DNA of 64,000 nt from Pelomyxa schiedti. Taxonomy: Eukaryota; Protista; Evosea. Made by a program: the position numbers and the translations under genes. The notes beneath the pieces are model-generated. The model made no database searches and was not told the origin of the DNA. It worked only from the letters and a program-made list of their open reading frames with translations. Every line of letters starts with the position of its first letter. Position 1 is the stretch's first letter. This document shows, in pieces, positions 25,848-38,831 of this stretch. The DNA lies in the NCBI GenBank assembly GCA_020536535.1, contig JAHLWZ010000571.1:1-64000 (forward strand), given 5' to 3'.

Positions 25848-27114
25848 TGTACGGCAACGTGTCTCCGCTATTTGGCGCCCCTGATCCTCGGTCCACCCCC
25901 AACACAAACATCACAATAAGCAACACAATAAGCAACACAAACCAACAACTTTACACAACCCCACAAGTTCCATCGCAGCCACAGCAACAGCAGTCTCAAT
26001 GGATGGCTCCTCTGCAACAAGTCCCAGTGCTGCCACAACAACAGCAGCAGCAGCAACAAATACCATTGTTCCCACAACAGCAGCAATACCAACAACAACA
26101 GATGTATCCCCCAACCCAGCAATTGTCACAGATACAACCTTTGGGACTTCCGAACTCTCAACAACAGCAGCAGCAATGGGTCTGCACTGCTCAACAAATA
26201 CCTGGCGGAACCTCTTTCCTGCCTCAAGTTTCGCAGCACAGTTACGCAGTACAGCCACAGCAGCCCCTTATTAGCACGGCCTTTCAGCAGCAGCAATATC
26301 CTGTACAACAATCACAGCAGCTTCTGTCCGGCCCCGTGTCTGTATCTCTGCCCCCTCAGGCTCAACAGCAGCAGCTTTCAAGTTTCACTGCTTGCTCTGC
26401 GTGTTCCAGTCACCAGTTGGATCCTTTGGCTCAGTTTACAAACTCACAAAGTGCAAACGCACACACAGGCACAAATACAAACACTTCTCCGCAATCTCAA
26501 GAGTATGATCCACAAGACCACTTTCAGCACCGCCTAGACCCCAGTACTACAAGGTTTTTATAACTCACCATTTCTGAAAAACTGGCTTACTATGTATCAC
26601 AGAGGAGTTGCTACACAAACCGCTGCCCCAACTCCAACCCCTCTAAGTACTGGAAAGTCTGTATATGCAAGCCAGAGCTCTTCTAATATTCTTCCGAGAG
26701 ATATCTCTGAGTGTGCATTTTTTTTACGTGAAGCTTTACCTCCTAATAGTACTCAACAGCTTGATAAATCACAAAGCTAGTTTTAAATTGCTCAATTTCT
26801 CATCCCGTAAGTCGGCCACACGCCATCCACACCAAGATTATGTGCTTCTGTCCAAGACAGGAATCAAAAATGTGTTTATGAACAAGGTTTTCATCCTTTT
26901 TCTCTTGTACCAAACTGACCCAACTACAAAGGAAAACAGACAATTCCTCCAGTCACACGTGAAAGGTGGCAAGTTACCAGAGACAATCACTGGAACCATT
27001 AAAAATATTCACATGACAAACGCAAACCCAAGTAATAGATATGGCTTGTTGGCAGGCACACCCATGTATATAGCCGAAGTCCACATTGATGTCCATTCAC
27101 ACAGCCACCACTAG
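25848..27114 (+). CDS. Hypothetical protein with long Q-rich N-terminus and small C-terminal domain; divergent from the PARG gene
   Basis: MYGNVSPLF... poly-Q exon, GT-AG introns, last exon ...LLAGTPMYIAEVHIDVHSHSHH*. Confidence 0.6.
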
Positions 27115-27999
27115 ACAACCACACCCCACAAAAACAACACAACAGGGATAATTTTTTTTCCGCAAAAAGAAGAGGGTATTTTGCACAGTTTTACGTTCCA
27201 GAAAGGAGGTGCTACGCCGTTCCGCTAGCGGCGCATCAGGCACGGTGGTGGTGCATGTCCGGTGTTGTCACCGGTACCCAGCCCTGCCCTCTGCGCCTGG
27301 TCCCCTCGGCGACTCTCCTTGTCGCTTGCTGGTGCCGCCCCCGCCGATGTGCGTCGCCTCCGCCACACGCCGGGGGCCAAAGCCCCCCGCGGGCGCCTTG
27401 CGCCGCTGCCACTGGTGCTGGTAGGCTTTGCTCTGGCGTAATGATCGAATTATTGTGTAATTTATTTGTAAGATACGAAATTTTTGTAGGCAAAAAGATA
27501 CATTTTACTGATTAAAAACCTTCGCTCCTTTTTACTTGTTTTGGGAAGCCAAATAAGGTCAAGAGTAATTGAGACATTATTAGAATGCCAAGAATGTGGT
27601 CTTACATCACAACAATGCAATGTTCGTTGCAACCCCTTTGGGCTCTGTGAGCATTGAATTCTCTTCATCCAGCCGAAAACTTGGCAGGAAATTTTGCTGA
27701 AAACTACTTGTGGGTTGTATGTGGTGTATTGGTGGATGTAGCCTTGTGTTGTATGATTTTGGTTGTTGTATTGGTTGTGCATTTGGTTGTTGGTGTGTTT
27801 CAGTTATTTCGTATTGGAGGAAAAGCTTGGTATTTATTACGGGTGTCATGTTATGGATGGAGGTACAGCCTTGCAGCCTTTGAACAAGACAGAATCCACA
27901 TCTGCATCTGTTAAATACCTATGTTCAGAGACCGCTTTCATCAACCATTCAGGTTATGTTACACACTTGTGAGAGAAATCATTCACCAAGGTCAGGCAA

Positions 28000-29930
28000 T
28001 GATTTGTAGGAGTTACCGGAAACTATGCAATCATATCACTGGGAAGAACATTGATCAGAAAGGACCATCAAAGAAGCTTTTGATGAATTTGAAAAACTAA
28101 CTGTACACCATCTTGAAGGTCAACAGTTACATCACCTGGCAAATATAGACAAGAACGCGGCAAGAAGATTGTATACTTTGTAAGTAAATTTCGAAGGAGA
28201 CATCTTACATTCTTGTTTAATTACAAAAATTTGTTTAGATGGCAAGGTGGGAATAAAGTACGTTGCTTATGAAGAATAACAATCCCACCTGGGACTACAA
28301 TGAGATTGAAGTCAATCTACCAGTCTGATAACATCCTGGAGAATTATTACTTGCTGAGAAGTCCAAAGAAGGAATCATACATGGCATCTGCGCACAATCT
28401 GCTCTGTGTTTCATACCGGAGACTACAAGTGCGGCAATTGGAGTTACTAATACAAGGGAAGCTCCTATTCGACTGTACAAGGGCCAAGCTGAGCACAGAT
28501 CGGAAAGGATGCATGTAGCCCTCAAATGGAAATCCCAGCTAAGAGGTAATGGAAGCTAGAAACGAGTAGGATCACTTGCAGTCAATGAGATTAACATTAA
28601 CAAGATAGATGATAATTCAGTACCAAGAGAAATTGGAAGATCAGATTACGTTTGAATGAGTACCAGAAATATCAGCTATTGAAACTCCTCAATACTGCAA
28701 AGTTTTCGTGGTAACAGCACAAGAACTCAGAGAAATAAAGGGAGTCGAACACGTAATGTACCCATCAATGTGAAAAGACATACAGTGAACCCTGGAAAAC
28801 GTAAAAAAGAGAAGGAAGAAGCACAGAAAAAAACTACTTGATACAGGTGTGTGGCTAGATACAGCAATAGCCCATACTCAGCACCTGTTGTTCTTGTAAA
28901 GAAGAAAGACGGTTCAATTCGCTTATGTGTTGCGTATCGACACCTCAACACAATCACAGTTAAGGACAGATTTCCTATGCTCAATGTCATGAGTACAACA
29001 CATCTATTCTCCTGAACCTAGAAATGTGAAAGAGTTACAAAGATTTCTTGGTATAACTGGATACCACAGGCTGTTCATCAAAGACTACACCATCAGCACC
29101 AACACTCTGGTCAAGAAAATGTCTGGAGACTGGAAATGGGGTAGAAAAGAAAGAATTGTATTCAACGACTTGAAGCAAACACTGTGCCAGAATTGATGTT
29201 AGGACATCCGAATTGGAATTTACCATTTAACCTAGAAACTGACATCTCCAAAGCTGGAATCGCTGCTATATTATCACAGGGAGTTCCAAAGACCAAAGAA
29301 TACAGAATCATTGGATGCTGGAGCAGAAAGTTGAAGAAGTACGAACAGAATTACCCTATTACAGAATTGAAAGCCTTAGTTGTTGTTTGTGGAATTGTTC
29401 CATTCAAAGGATACTTGGAAAATCACCCATGGCTACTTCATTGTGATCATGCAGCATTGGTAAGACTGGATGATACCACTGATAGTCATTATTGATTATC
29501 TGCAGCAAGATAAAGTTAAACCCTCAGAAGATATTCTGTGGAAACTACCTTGGTATTTCATGGAAGATAATTTGTTGAAATATGTACACATAGAGGAAGT
29601 GATATAGGTTTGAAGTCAGACTGCTGTTGTTCCACATGAGCGGAGATATCATATATTCTCTTACTACCATAACCAGAACTACATGGATTTATGAATACTA
29701 TAGAAAACGTCAATGCGCCGTCACTCACAGACCATTGGAAGAGTTGAGCAAGTCAACAGTAATCTACGAAGAGCTCTGAAGAAAAGGGATGAACGCAGCA
29801 CTATTTGGGATAAGCTGACACCTGCAATTGTCTACGCACACAATACAGCTCCGAACACAACTACTGGTCTAACATCTTATTCTACGGTATTCAGAATGGA
29901 AATTTGAACCTATTGCAGGGTTTATGAAAG
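28000..29930 (+). mobile_element. Degenerate Ty3/gypsy LTR-retrotransposon pol remnant
   Basis: RT N-terminus [27 protein letters not shown]; RNase H FNLETDISKAGIAAILSQ...YPITELKAL...CDHAAL; integrase QTIGRVEQVN...YAHNTAPNTTTG; order RT-RH-IN; stops, frameshifts and deletions; no LTRs recognised. Confidence 0.88.
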
Positions 29931-30406
29931 TGGAAAGAGAGATGCTCATACGTTTATGAAGCAAGTGCCAACGGAGTTGGGAAATCGCCAATGAGAATTT
30001 CATCGGGGAGTTTGTTTGTGCGCCTCTGCGTGCCATCGCCGGTATCAAGTAAGATACCGTTCATTGGGACCGCAAATACAACGGCCCACGTCACGACCCA
30101 CAGTTTGGTGTAGGGGTGTCTGACCCCCTCGGGTTTCCACAGAAATAATGCAAGCAATGAGTGATGGCGAATCCTGTCAAGTTTCACTGTGGACTGCCGG
30201 CACACCCATGTACATAGCTGAACTCCAAATTGAAGTCCACTCAGACAACCAAAACAACAAGCGGTACCCATGTGCTATTTTCAACATCTTGGGTAAGTGA
30301 CTTCTGGAAAAAGACGAACTTGGAAGTTGTTCTGCAAACACACCAAGCAAGTAAAACCTCGGGTGTAAACCAACTAGACTCAAAGCGGCGCTCGCAACGA
30401 ACAAAG

Positions 30407-32467
30407 ATGATGAACGTGCGTACAGTGGACGAATTCCACGCCGTTGTTGTCTCGTGTCAGTGCCATCAACGTCAGGTTTTGTATCGTCATATTGTTCAAC
30501 TCACAATTTGCTGAGGTTTTTGTTTTGTTTCTGCTTGTTCGGTTTCCCACTTCGTTGCGAGTTGGCTGTTCTAACAATAAATAACACCGCAACAAAACAG
30601 AGAGGCAGATGCACTCTTGAGGGTGTTCGACAGAACTTGACTGCACTTGGCGTGCCCTACCCGCAAGAGTGGCTGACCGAAGTGCTAAATAGGTAAGTGT
30701 AAGCAACAACAGAACGAAAAACTTAGCTTTCTTTGAGGCAGTACCGCGAGTGCAACAACATATTTTTAACCAACCTGCACGCTGGATGGACTGCTGATTC
30801 AATTGCCAATCGGATGATCGATGGTCCAATCAGTGATCCTAATGGTCCCTTTTTCTGCATGGAAACTATCACTGCAGTAAAAAGCCAGGTATTACTTGTA
30901 GTTATGAAATTCTTCTTGCCCTGATAGAACCTTAGTACCAAATGGCTACTCAAATTTCTCCACCTTCAACAGCTCCCATTTTATTTCCACCTGTAACCTC
31001 CAATTCTTTCCCCCCTACTTACGCGCCAGTTAACCCACTGATGACTGCCATCACTGCTCAGGTTGCCCAAATGACTATTACACCAAACACCACCGTAGTA
31101 TCGCCGGTGCTCCCACCACCAAGTAAACCATCAACTATAGCACCCCCACGGGCCACGCCTCCTCCCACCAAGAGGCCTTCAACTCCCCCTTCAAATCCTC
31201 ATCCAGCAACTCCTCCAATCACTCCTTCTGTAAAACCAGTTGTAGAAGCCTCCCCATCACTTTCAGCGGCTCCATCATCTGGAAAGCTGCCCCCCTCTGA
31301 GCCCCCTGGTGAGTACTTTGCTGTTCAACCTAGCCCAGGTGAGTATTTCAAGACTTGTCCTCATCACGAACGCGGATATTGCAGGCTTGTTAGATTTTAT
31401 TCTTTTACTGAATAACCTTCTATTAGATTTGTAAATTTAGGCCATCAACAATGTCCAGAGGGAGGCCATAGCTCAATTTCCACCCAAGTAATGAAAGCCA
31501 CGTTGACACCTCTTGTAGAAAATACAGGTTTCACTTTTCTTGGAAGTTGCTTGGGTTTCTTACTCACCCTTCACCAAAGCGCACTTCAATCAGATCAGAG
31601 AAAGTTTTATAAATGGAATGAAAAAAAAGTTTGCAGCAGTGAAGGTCTGTAATCACCTTTTTTGACACCAAACTAAAATGAAACAGGTCGTTAAAATTGT
31701 GTCGGTAGAAAACAAGAATTTGCGGTCTGCATTTGAGGCAAGATGTGAATATCTTGCCCAAAAGCGTGGTGGTCCTCCACGGATCGCGCAAATGTAAACC
31801 TGAATTTGCCTGATTCCCAACTCTGAACTCTTTTCAGGTTCCACGGCACTGCTGATGCATGTGTCTCGATTATTTGCGATCAGGGCTTCAGTCCTCCTTC
31901 TGACCGAGCCATGACCAAATCTTGCAGGTTCCCAAGAATTCCCTTCATCCAATCTGCAGCGAAAAATACTGACTTCTCTCAGAGCCTTCACAGGAGGCAA
32001 ACTCTCATCGACGTGCCTAAGCGATTCAACGTGTCCTGGGTGCACTGTGAAGCACTCATGGAACACGTGCCACATGTATGGCCTCGGATCCTATTTCGCC
32101 GACATCGCAGGCAAGAGTCACGCATATGTCAGCGGGGCCAGCGGCCCCGAGATGAAGATGCTGCTGTGTGAGGTGGCACTGGGAAGATCCTTTGAGATAA
32201 CGACCAACCTTACAACGGGGAGCCAGTATCACGACTTGGTTCTCCCGCCACCGCTCCCAAATTCCACCCAGACAACGGACAGCATTTGGGTGCCGGGAAG
32301 AAGCGACGCAACGAGTGGTTTGGGAGTGTTCACCTCAGAATGTGTGTTCCCCTTTTTTTTTCCCCTTCCTTCATTTCGTTGAAGTGAAACTCACCTCGAA
32401 ATTAGGTATCATTTTTCATCGATACCAAGCCTTACCTCGCTACGTGATACACTACGTTATCTCTTGA
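30407..32467 (+). CDS. PARP-family ADP-ribosyltransferase with N-terminal domain, Pro-rich linker and CCCH finger (PARP-C)
   Basis: FHGTAD, HMYGLGSYFADIAGKSHAY, MLLCEVALG, spliced FTSECIIFHRYQALPRYVIHY (H-Y-E triad). Confidence 0.88.
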
Positions 32468-32584
32468 TTGGCACCACAACATTGTGATTAACTTTTTAAT
32501 GCCCCCTTATGATGAAGAATAAAAAAGAAACTTCAATTTTATTGACTTTTGTGGGGAACTCAAGTCTTACCATGTTGGTATTTT

Positions 32585-33247
32585 CAGACAACTTCTTGGG
32601 AGGACCACTTTGAGATGCTCCAGGGAAAACAGCACTGATAAAATCAGTGGAGTGGAATGAACTTGACTCTACAGGTCCAAATAACTAAAACTCTTCCTGA
32701 GTTACCTTGCAACGCACTATCTTTTATCAAAAATTCCAGTGGAATTGAAATGACAAAAGCAAATGGTTTTTTCTTCCATCAGGAAATTTTGATAACAAAG
32801 AAGGGTTTGCCAGAGGGAATTCGAAACCTGTTGTTGTCATTGGCCACAATACGGTTAATCTCAGCACACTTCCCAGAAATGAAGTGTGGCCCACTTGGTG
32901 GCTCATCACTCGTCAAAGTGTGACAAATATCCTGTAGTTTTCATTTGTGAGGCAAAGGAAAAGTACATGGGGCAGTGGTAGTGTTGTACCTTGTCAAGGA
33001 AAAGAGGTGGGTCAGAATCTCCCTTCACAAGCAATTGGTAGGCGTAAAAGAACCCGTGATGATGTCCCCCAGCAGTATATTTTTTGGAAACAAAGCACAC
33101 ATCCTTTCCAATCAAGCTTAATATTGCGTGAGTAGAAAGCAAGATAGGAAATAAAGTACTCACTTTTGTTCAGACCCCTGTAAGATCTGCCGGTCCAGGT
33201 ACGAGGGTGAGGATACTTTCAGTCTATCAGCCAGTGTAGCAGGAGGC
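32585..33247. repeat. Diverged duplicate of ~36240-36792 (3' ends of the ARH gene and the convergent metzincin-fusion gene)
   Basis: ctgataaaatcagtggagtggaa and the exon LIGKDVCFVSKKYTAGGHHHGFFYAYQLLVKGDSDPPLFLDK nearly match the 36.3-36.8 kb copy. Confidence 0.85.
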
Positions 33248-33379
33248 TTGGTATCGATGAAAAATGATACCTAAGTTTCNNNNNNNNNNNNNNNNNNNNN
33301 NNNNNNNNNNNNNNNNNNNNNNNNNNNNNNNNNNNNNNNNNNNNNNNNNNNNNNNNNNNNNNNNNNNNNNNNNNNNNNN

Positions 33380-33718
33380 TCAGCGGGGCCAGCGGCCCCG
33401 AGATGAAGATGCTGCTGTGTGAGGTGGCACTGGGAAGATCCTTTGAGATAACGACCAACCTTACAACGGGGAGCCAGTATCACGACTTGGTTCTCCCGCC
33501 GCCGCTCCCAAATTCCACCCAGACAACGGACAGCATTTGGGTGCCGGGAAGAAGCGACGCAACGAGTGGTTTGGGAGTGTTCACCTCAGAATGTGTGTTC
33601 CCCTTTTTTTTTCCCTTCCTTCATTTCGTTGAAGTGAAACTCACCTTTACATTTAGGTATCATTTTTCATCGATACCAAGCCTTACCTCGCTACGTGATA
33701 CACTATGTTATCTCTTAA
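33380..33718 (+). CDS. 3' exons of a second PARP-C copy, beginning at the assembly gap
   Basis: Near-identical to 32129-32467 (MKMLLCEVALG...YVIS*), with a different stop codon and 3' flank. Confidence 0.8.
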
Positions 33719-34010
33719 CCGTCAAAACGACCTGTTCTTAGACCCCATACAGAACAAAAACTTCAATTTTATTTGTGGTCTTGTTTACTTCAGCGCTAGA
33801 GTCCTTGTCCCCAACTAACACCAACATCCAATTATCTGACCCACCAAGTTGGTCAATAAGGGTTCCTTAGGCATAATTGGAACAAACGATCAACGAAATT
33901 TTAACAAGCGAAAATGCAGGCCATAGCTACCAGTGTGGGTAGTGCTCTTAAGGGCTTCTGGTCCTCCGACGCTGGTGCCCACCTCTTTATTTATTTTTTC
34001 GTAACCGTTT

Positions 34011-36309
34011 ATGTCATTAGGTGCGCTGCCCGAATGTGGGATGGAACGAAGGGTGTCAGCGAATGACGGTGACACTTCGTGCACGGAATTTCCGGGTTTG
34101 TTTTATGCGTTGGTTGGAATGGCGCTCGGTGACAGTCTCGGGGCACCTTTTGAAAACAAGGACCCGCGAAACATCGCGGCGATGTGGCCGACGGGCTCAC
34201 CGTACCCATCATCGTTGCACCCGTGCGGTCTCATTTGGACTGATGACACTCAGATGTCACTGAGCTTCATGGAGGTTTACATGACGTATGTGCTTTAATG
34301 ACCCTCACTGTGGCTTTACCTTTCTTTTTTTTGGGTTTGGGAATCACCATCATTTCTAAATTGGCGTGAAGACATAAGAAAATGGATATCGTCGCTATAT
34401 GGAAGATATGGGCTGAGGCCTCCAGAATCAAATTATTTGAGCAGAACGGACAGCCGCTTGCTAGGCAACAATTTGGACTTTTCCGAGGGACTGGGAAAAA
34501 TTTTAGGCAGTCTGTTGATACAGCAATAGCATCCAATTTTTCAAGTAATTGTTCCTCCCCCTCGTAAGTGCTTCACCTCAATCCTTTCACTTTCAATAAT
34601 TCTTTTTTTATCTTTGGAAGAGCTGGAAATGGTGCAGCAATGCGAGTGACACCCTTGAGTGTTATTGCATTTCTAAAAAGAGATGAAGGCTGCCTTGCAG
34701 AAATGATTTTCGTTACTTCAACGATGACACACCAATCTGTAATGGGCATTGCTCCAGCATTCTCGTTTGGTTACACTTTGTATACACTTATGGACAATCC
34801 TTCACAATCAGCTCAAGAAGCATTCCAAAAAATTGTTGCTGCAACAAGGAAGTTTGAAGACTATCTTGAATCAATCTTCAGAGCAAAGTACTGACTTCTT
34901 TCCATTTGGAGTTTTTTTGATGACTATATAGAGATACCTCTTATTCTACCTTTTTGGGATCTCTGCTTGACGGTATGTTTGGAGAAACATCCCCAACAAG
35001 TCCCAAGGACAAGTTTTCTCTTGCACAAAGGCGTATAGTAAATTTTGCTTCAATGGTTACACAGAAACCAGTAAGTGCCTTTCTTTCTTTGGCTCGTTTT
35101 CTGATGACAGAAGATTCAATCTCCAAATGATGGTCTGGCCGTTGCTTCAGTTACCACCGCCATCGTTGCTGGCCTATTATTCAAGCATCAACCATTTCTT
35201 GGCACCTTACAACTTGTGTACCAGCTGGGTGGGGATACTGACACTGTGGGTGCCATGTTAGGTATATTGTCACTAAGTAGGTAACATTTTTAAATTTTTT
35301 TTTACAAGGTGCAATTCTCGGGTGTTCACACTCAAATATATCTTCTTTTATCACCAATCAACTTATCTGCTCCACTGAACTACTCAAGTTCTTTAAATCC
35401 TTTATTTCTGTGGTTTCTTCCAATCGTCCCCTCCACCATTTACCATGGATTGACCTTGAAAAAAAAGTGGTACAAGAAATCCTTTCATTTCCCAATGGTA
35501 TGAGAAACAACCACTATAATAGTACAAGTTCTGGTGGCAGGTATGAAGTGAAAACAAAAAGATATGACTTCTCATTATCATAAGGAGATACAATGACAAC
35601 AGCTGTGAGTACTTCAGTGAGTCAACACCCACATACTTCTCAAATTCCGGCAATAGCTATTTTGACACAACCTCACCATGTTCAAATCCTGCACAACAGA
35701 ATTTAAGCACCACCACTTCACTGAGTACACAAACGGCCCTAACAACACAACAACTAGGCGCGCCAGGTCAGACACTTCTCACCCCACAGGGTAACACAGG
35801 GCAATGCATTATCTCCAACACCCAAAACACCCCAGCACCGGGAACTCCTATCAGCCACTTTAACTCACAGCCACAAACTCCTCCTCCAAATGGCTCACAA
35901 ACACAAACAAGCAGTTTATACCCATCAACAAGTGTTTTCACATCTCGTGATGATGCAATGGATGGGAGCAGCAGAACCTCAGAAGTAAACGTCGCCTTTC
36001 AGATACATTACATTGACTGCAAAGGTACCAAAAGCCCAGCACCCTCCACAGCAGTAATTCACAACAATACCAGAAATGTACATTTGGATACACAGTGAGA
36101 AGTGTCCTCGCCCTATGTCAGATGATCCAGAAAAACCCCATTACTGGGCCACTATGGTACAGATACCCGCGGCGACTGATGTGCTGTACCATTTTATAGT
36201 TCGCAAATCCGACGGCTCTCAATTGTGTGAGGACGGTGCTCACTCCTTGAGAGTTGCTCCCGGGAAAACAATACTGATAAAATCAGTGGAGTGGAACAAA
36301 TTCAGCTGA
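34011..36309 (+). CDS. ADP-ribosylglycohydrolase (ARH/DraG family) with C-terminal CBM20-like domain
   Basis: LVGMALGDSLGAPFE, WTDDTQM, AGNGAAMRVTP, LGGDTDTVGAMLGAILG; last exons VNVAFQIHY...YWATMVQIP...YHFIV. Confidence 0.9.
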
Positions 36310-36349
36310 ATTGAATGTTTACAAAAGACTCTTGTTTTTTCTTCTTCCT

Positions 36350-38831
36350 TCAAGAAATTTTGATGACAAAGAAGGGTTTGCCAGTGGCAATTCCAAACCT
36401 GTTCTTGTCCTGCGCCACCATACGATTAATCTCAGTGCATTTCCCAGAAATGAAGTGTGGCCCACTTGGTGGCTCATCACTCGTCAAAGTGTGACAAATA
36501 TCCTGCAGTTTTCAAAGGTGAGGAAAAGTACATGGGGCAGTAGTAGTGTTGTACCTTGTCCAGGAAAAGAGGTGGGTCAGAATCTCCCTTCACAAGCAAT
36601 TGGTAGGCGTAAAAGAACCCGTGATGATGTCCCCCAGCAGTATATTTTTTGGAAACAAAGCACATATCCTTTCCAATCAAACTGAATATTTCGTGAGTAG
36701 AAAGCAAGCTCGAAATAAAGTACTCACTTTTGCTCAGACCCCTTTAAGAGCTGCTGGTCCAGGTACGAGGGTGAGGATACTTTCAGTCTATCAGCCAGTG
36801 TAGCAGGAGGCTGCACTTGTGGGGTGGGTTTCGGGGCTGTTGGGGTCGGGCCTGGCGGGGTGGCTACGGCTGGTTGTTGGGGTTGCATGGATGGTACTTG
36901 TAATGACTGTTTGAAGTTGATGACACCCTGGTACATCTGCATGTGCTTTGTTGACTTCATCTTAGTGGAAACGTCATTCAGAATAGTGCTTGGATCGAGA
37001 TCTGAGAGTCGGTGTAAGTGTTCTGGGGAAGGGAATGGATGACTCTACTTGGAAACCGAGACTTCAGCATGGCAATTAGTTCGTGAGGTAACAAGCCGGC
37101 AAGGAGGCCAATCACACAAAACATAGACCCGGACATAACCTCATTATTCACAATGTTTGGGAACGCCCCCATTCTATTGAGCTCAGTGGCTTTTGCAATA
37201 ACCGCTAGTAATATGAAATTGTGTGAGAGGGTAAGGAATCAAAAGATTTATAGTAAACGAAGGGATACCTTGATCAGGGGACGCATTTACACCCATTGCC
37301 AAAAGGGAAGCCTCGGCCAACTCAGCAAGCACAACAGCACTTGTTATCGACCCTCCCATAGCCTGTGTTGCTTGCAATTGGGGGGGTTGGCTGCCCATCA
37401 TCGGTGGCATTGTGAGACCTTGTTTACTGTGGGTTAGATAAAAATTATATTGCTGAGTCCTTACCACCCTGGTAGCTTTGTGCGCAGGGCATGCCAGAAC
37501 ATGCAAGTGGTTGTACCTGTGGAATTGGGAACAGCAAAGGGGGTTGATTTTGCTGTTGCATTTGAAACTGTTGCATCTGAGGAATCTGGTAAGTTGGTTG
37601 TTGCTGCTGCGGCTGGGTTTGGCCTTGCACCTGAGAGTTTTGGAAAGCCTGTTGCTGTTGCGGGTGGGCTTGCATTGGAGCACCCTGAAAAGGCTGCTGC
37701 TGCTGTGGCGGCGTTCCCTGGATATTTTGGTATGTCATCGGCGTTCCTCCCATCATTTGTTGCTGTGGTGGCTGCGAAGGCGGGTATGGGAGGGCCTGTG
37801 TTGGAATGCCGCCGGTCGTTTGGTTGGTCTGTGTCTGCGGCAGTGTTTGCTGCAGTTGAACGGCTGAGTACTGCGGAGAAAAAAACGTTGTTGCACTGGG
37901 AACGCCTGCTGGTGGTTAGAAAAACGATCCAGTGCCAACAAAAATATAATAAAAAGAGGAAAAAACCGTCTCTCAAGGTATTGGGAGTAGCGGGACTAGT
38001 AAGGCCATTGTAGGACCAAGGTGAGTACTCTGATTTTGGGTACATCATGGAGCTGCCTAGTTTATCGTTCTCGCTGAGGTCAGTGACAATTCCAGCCCGT
38101 TGATCCTCCCATATCTTCAGATAGTTCATGATCGACTGCCTATCGTACACTGTCAGCTGGCGGCAATTCGCGTCAGGTAGCTCGCGAATCCAATTCCCTT
38201 GCGAGTCAGGGAAGTATCTATTTAGGGTTTTGTGAGTAAACTAAAACAGTGAATTGCCACACAGGTACAAAAAAACCACCAATCGATCGACATCAAAACG
38301 GGAAAAGCTCGCTCACAGAGAACGTGATTCCGGAGACTGGTCCCACATGTGCTCGTGCCTCCATCCCAGCACGTGGCCCAGCTCGTGCCTCAGCACCGCG
38401 ATCGCGATGTTTCGCGTCCCCTCCCTCTGCATCACCGCGAAGCACACGACGTGGTGGGGCGGCGCCTGCCTCGGGAAGAACGCCATCGCGATGACGTTGG
38501 CCAGCCGCGGGTCGCTCTCCTGCTCGTACGTCGCGTCCACGACGTCGAAGAGCGCCTTGCTGGGGTCGAACACCTGGACGAACGTGGCGCCGCACGCGGC
38601 CTCCCACGACGACGCGGCCAGGCGGAACGCCTCGGCGCTGCAGTTCTTGGAGTTGTGGTACCACGTCAGGTTCCGCGCCTGCTGCTGCGTCCACACGCCC
38701 ATGTCGACCGACATGGTCAGAGCTACGGTGCCGGAGCCGAGCACGGAGCGCGGCGGCCCGAAGTACTTCTCCTCGGTCACGCACCTTGACATCCCCGACG
38801 GGGTTGCTGGTGGGCCTTCGGCTGTTGCCAT
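36350..38831 (-). CDS. Metzincin zinc metalloprotease fused to a Q-rich linker and uncharacterised C-terminal domains
   Basis: HELGHVLGWRHEH zinc motif; YDRQSIMNY Met-turn; LSENDK..MMYP; a phase-1 intron at ~37912-37967 joins in frame to AGVPSATTFFSPQYSAVQLQQ... Confidence 0.75.
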
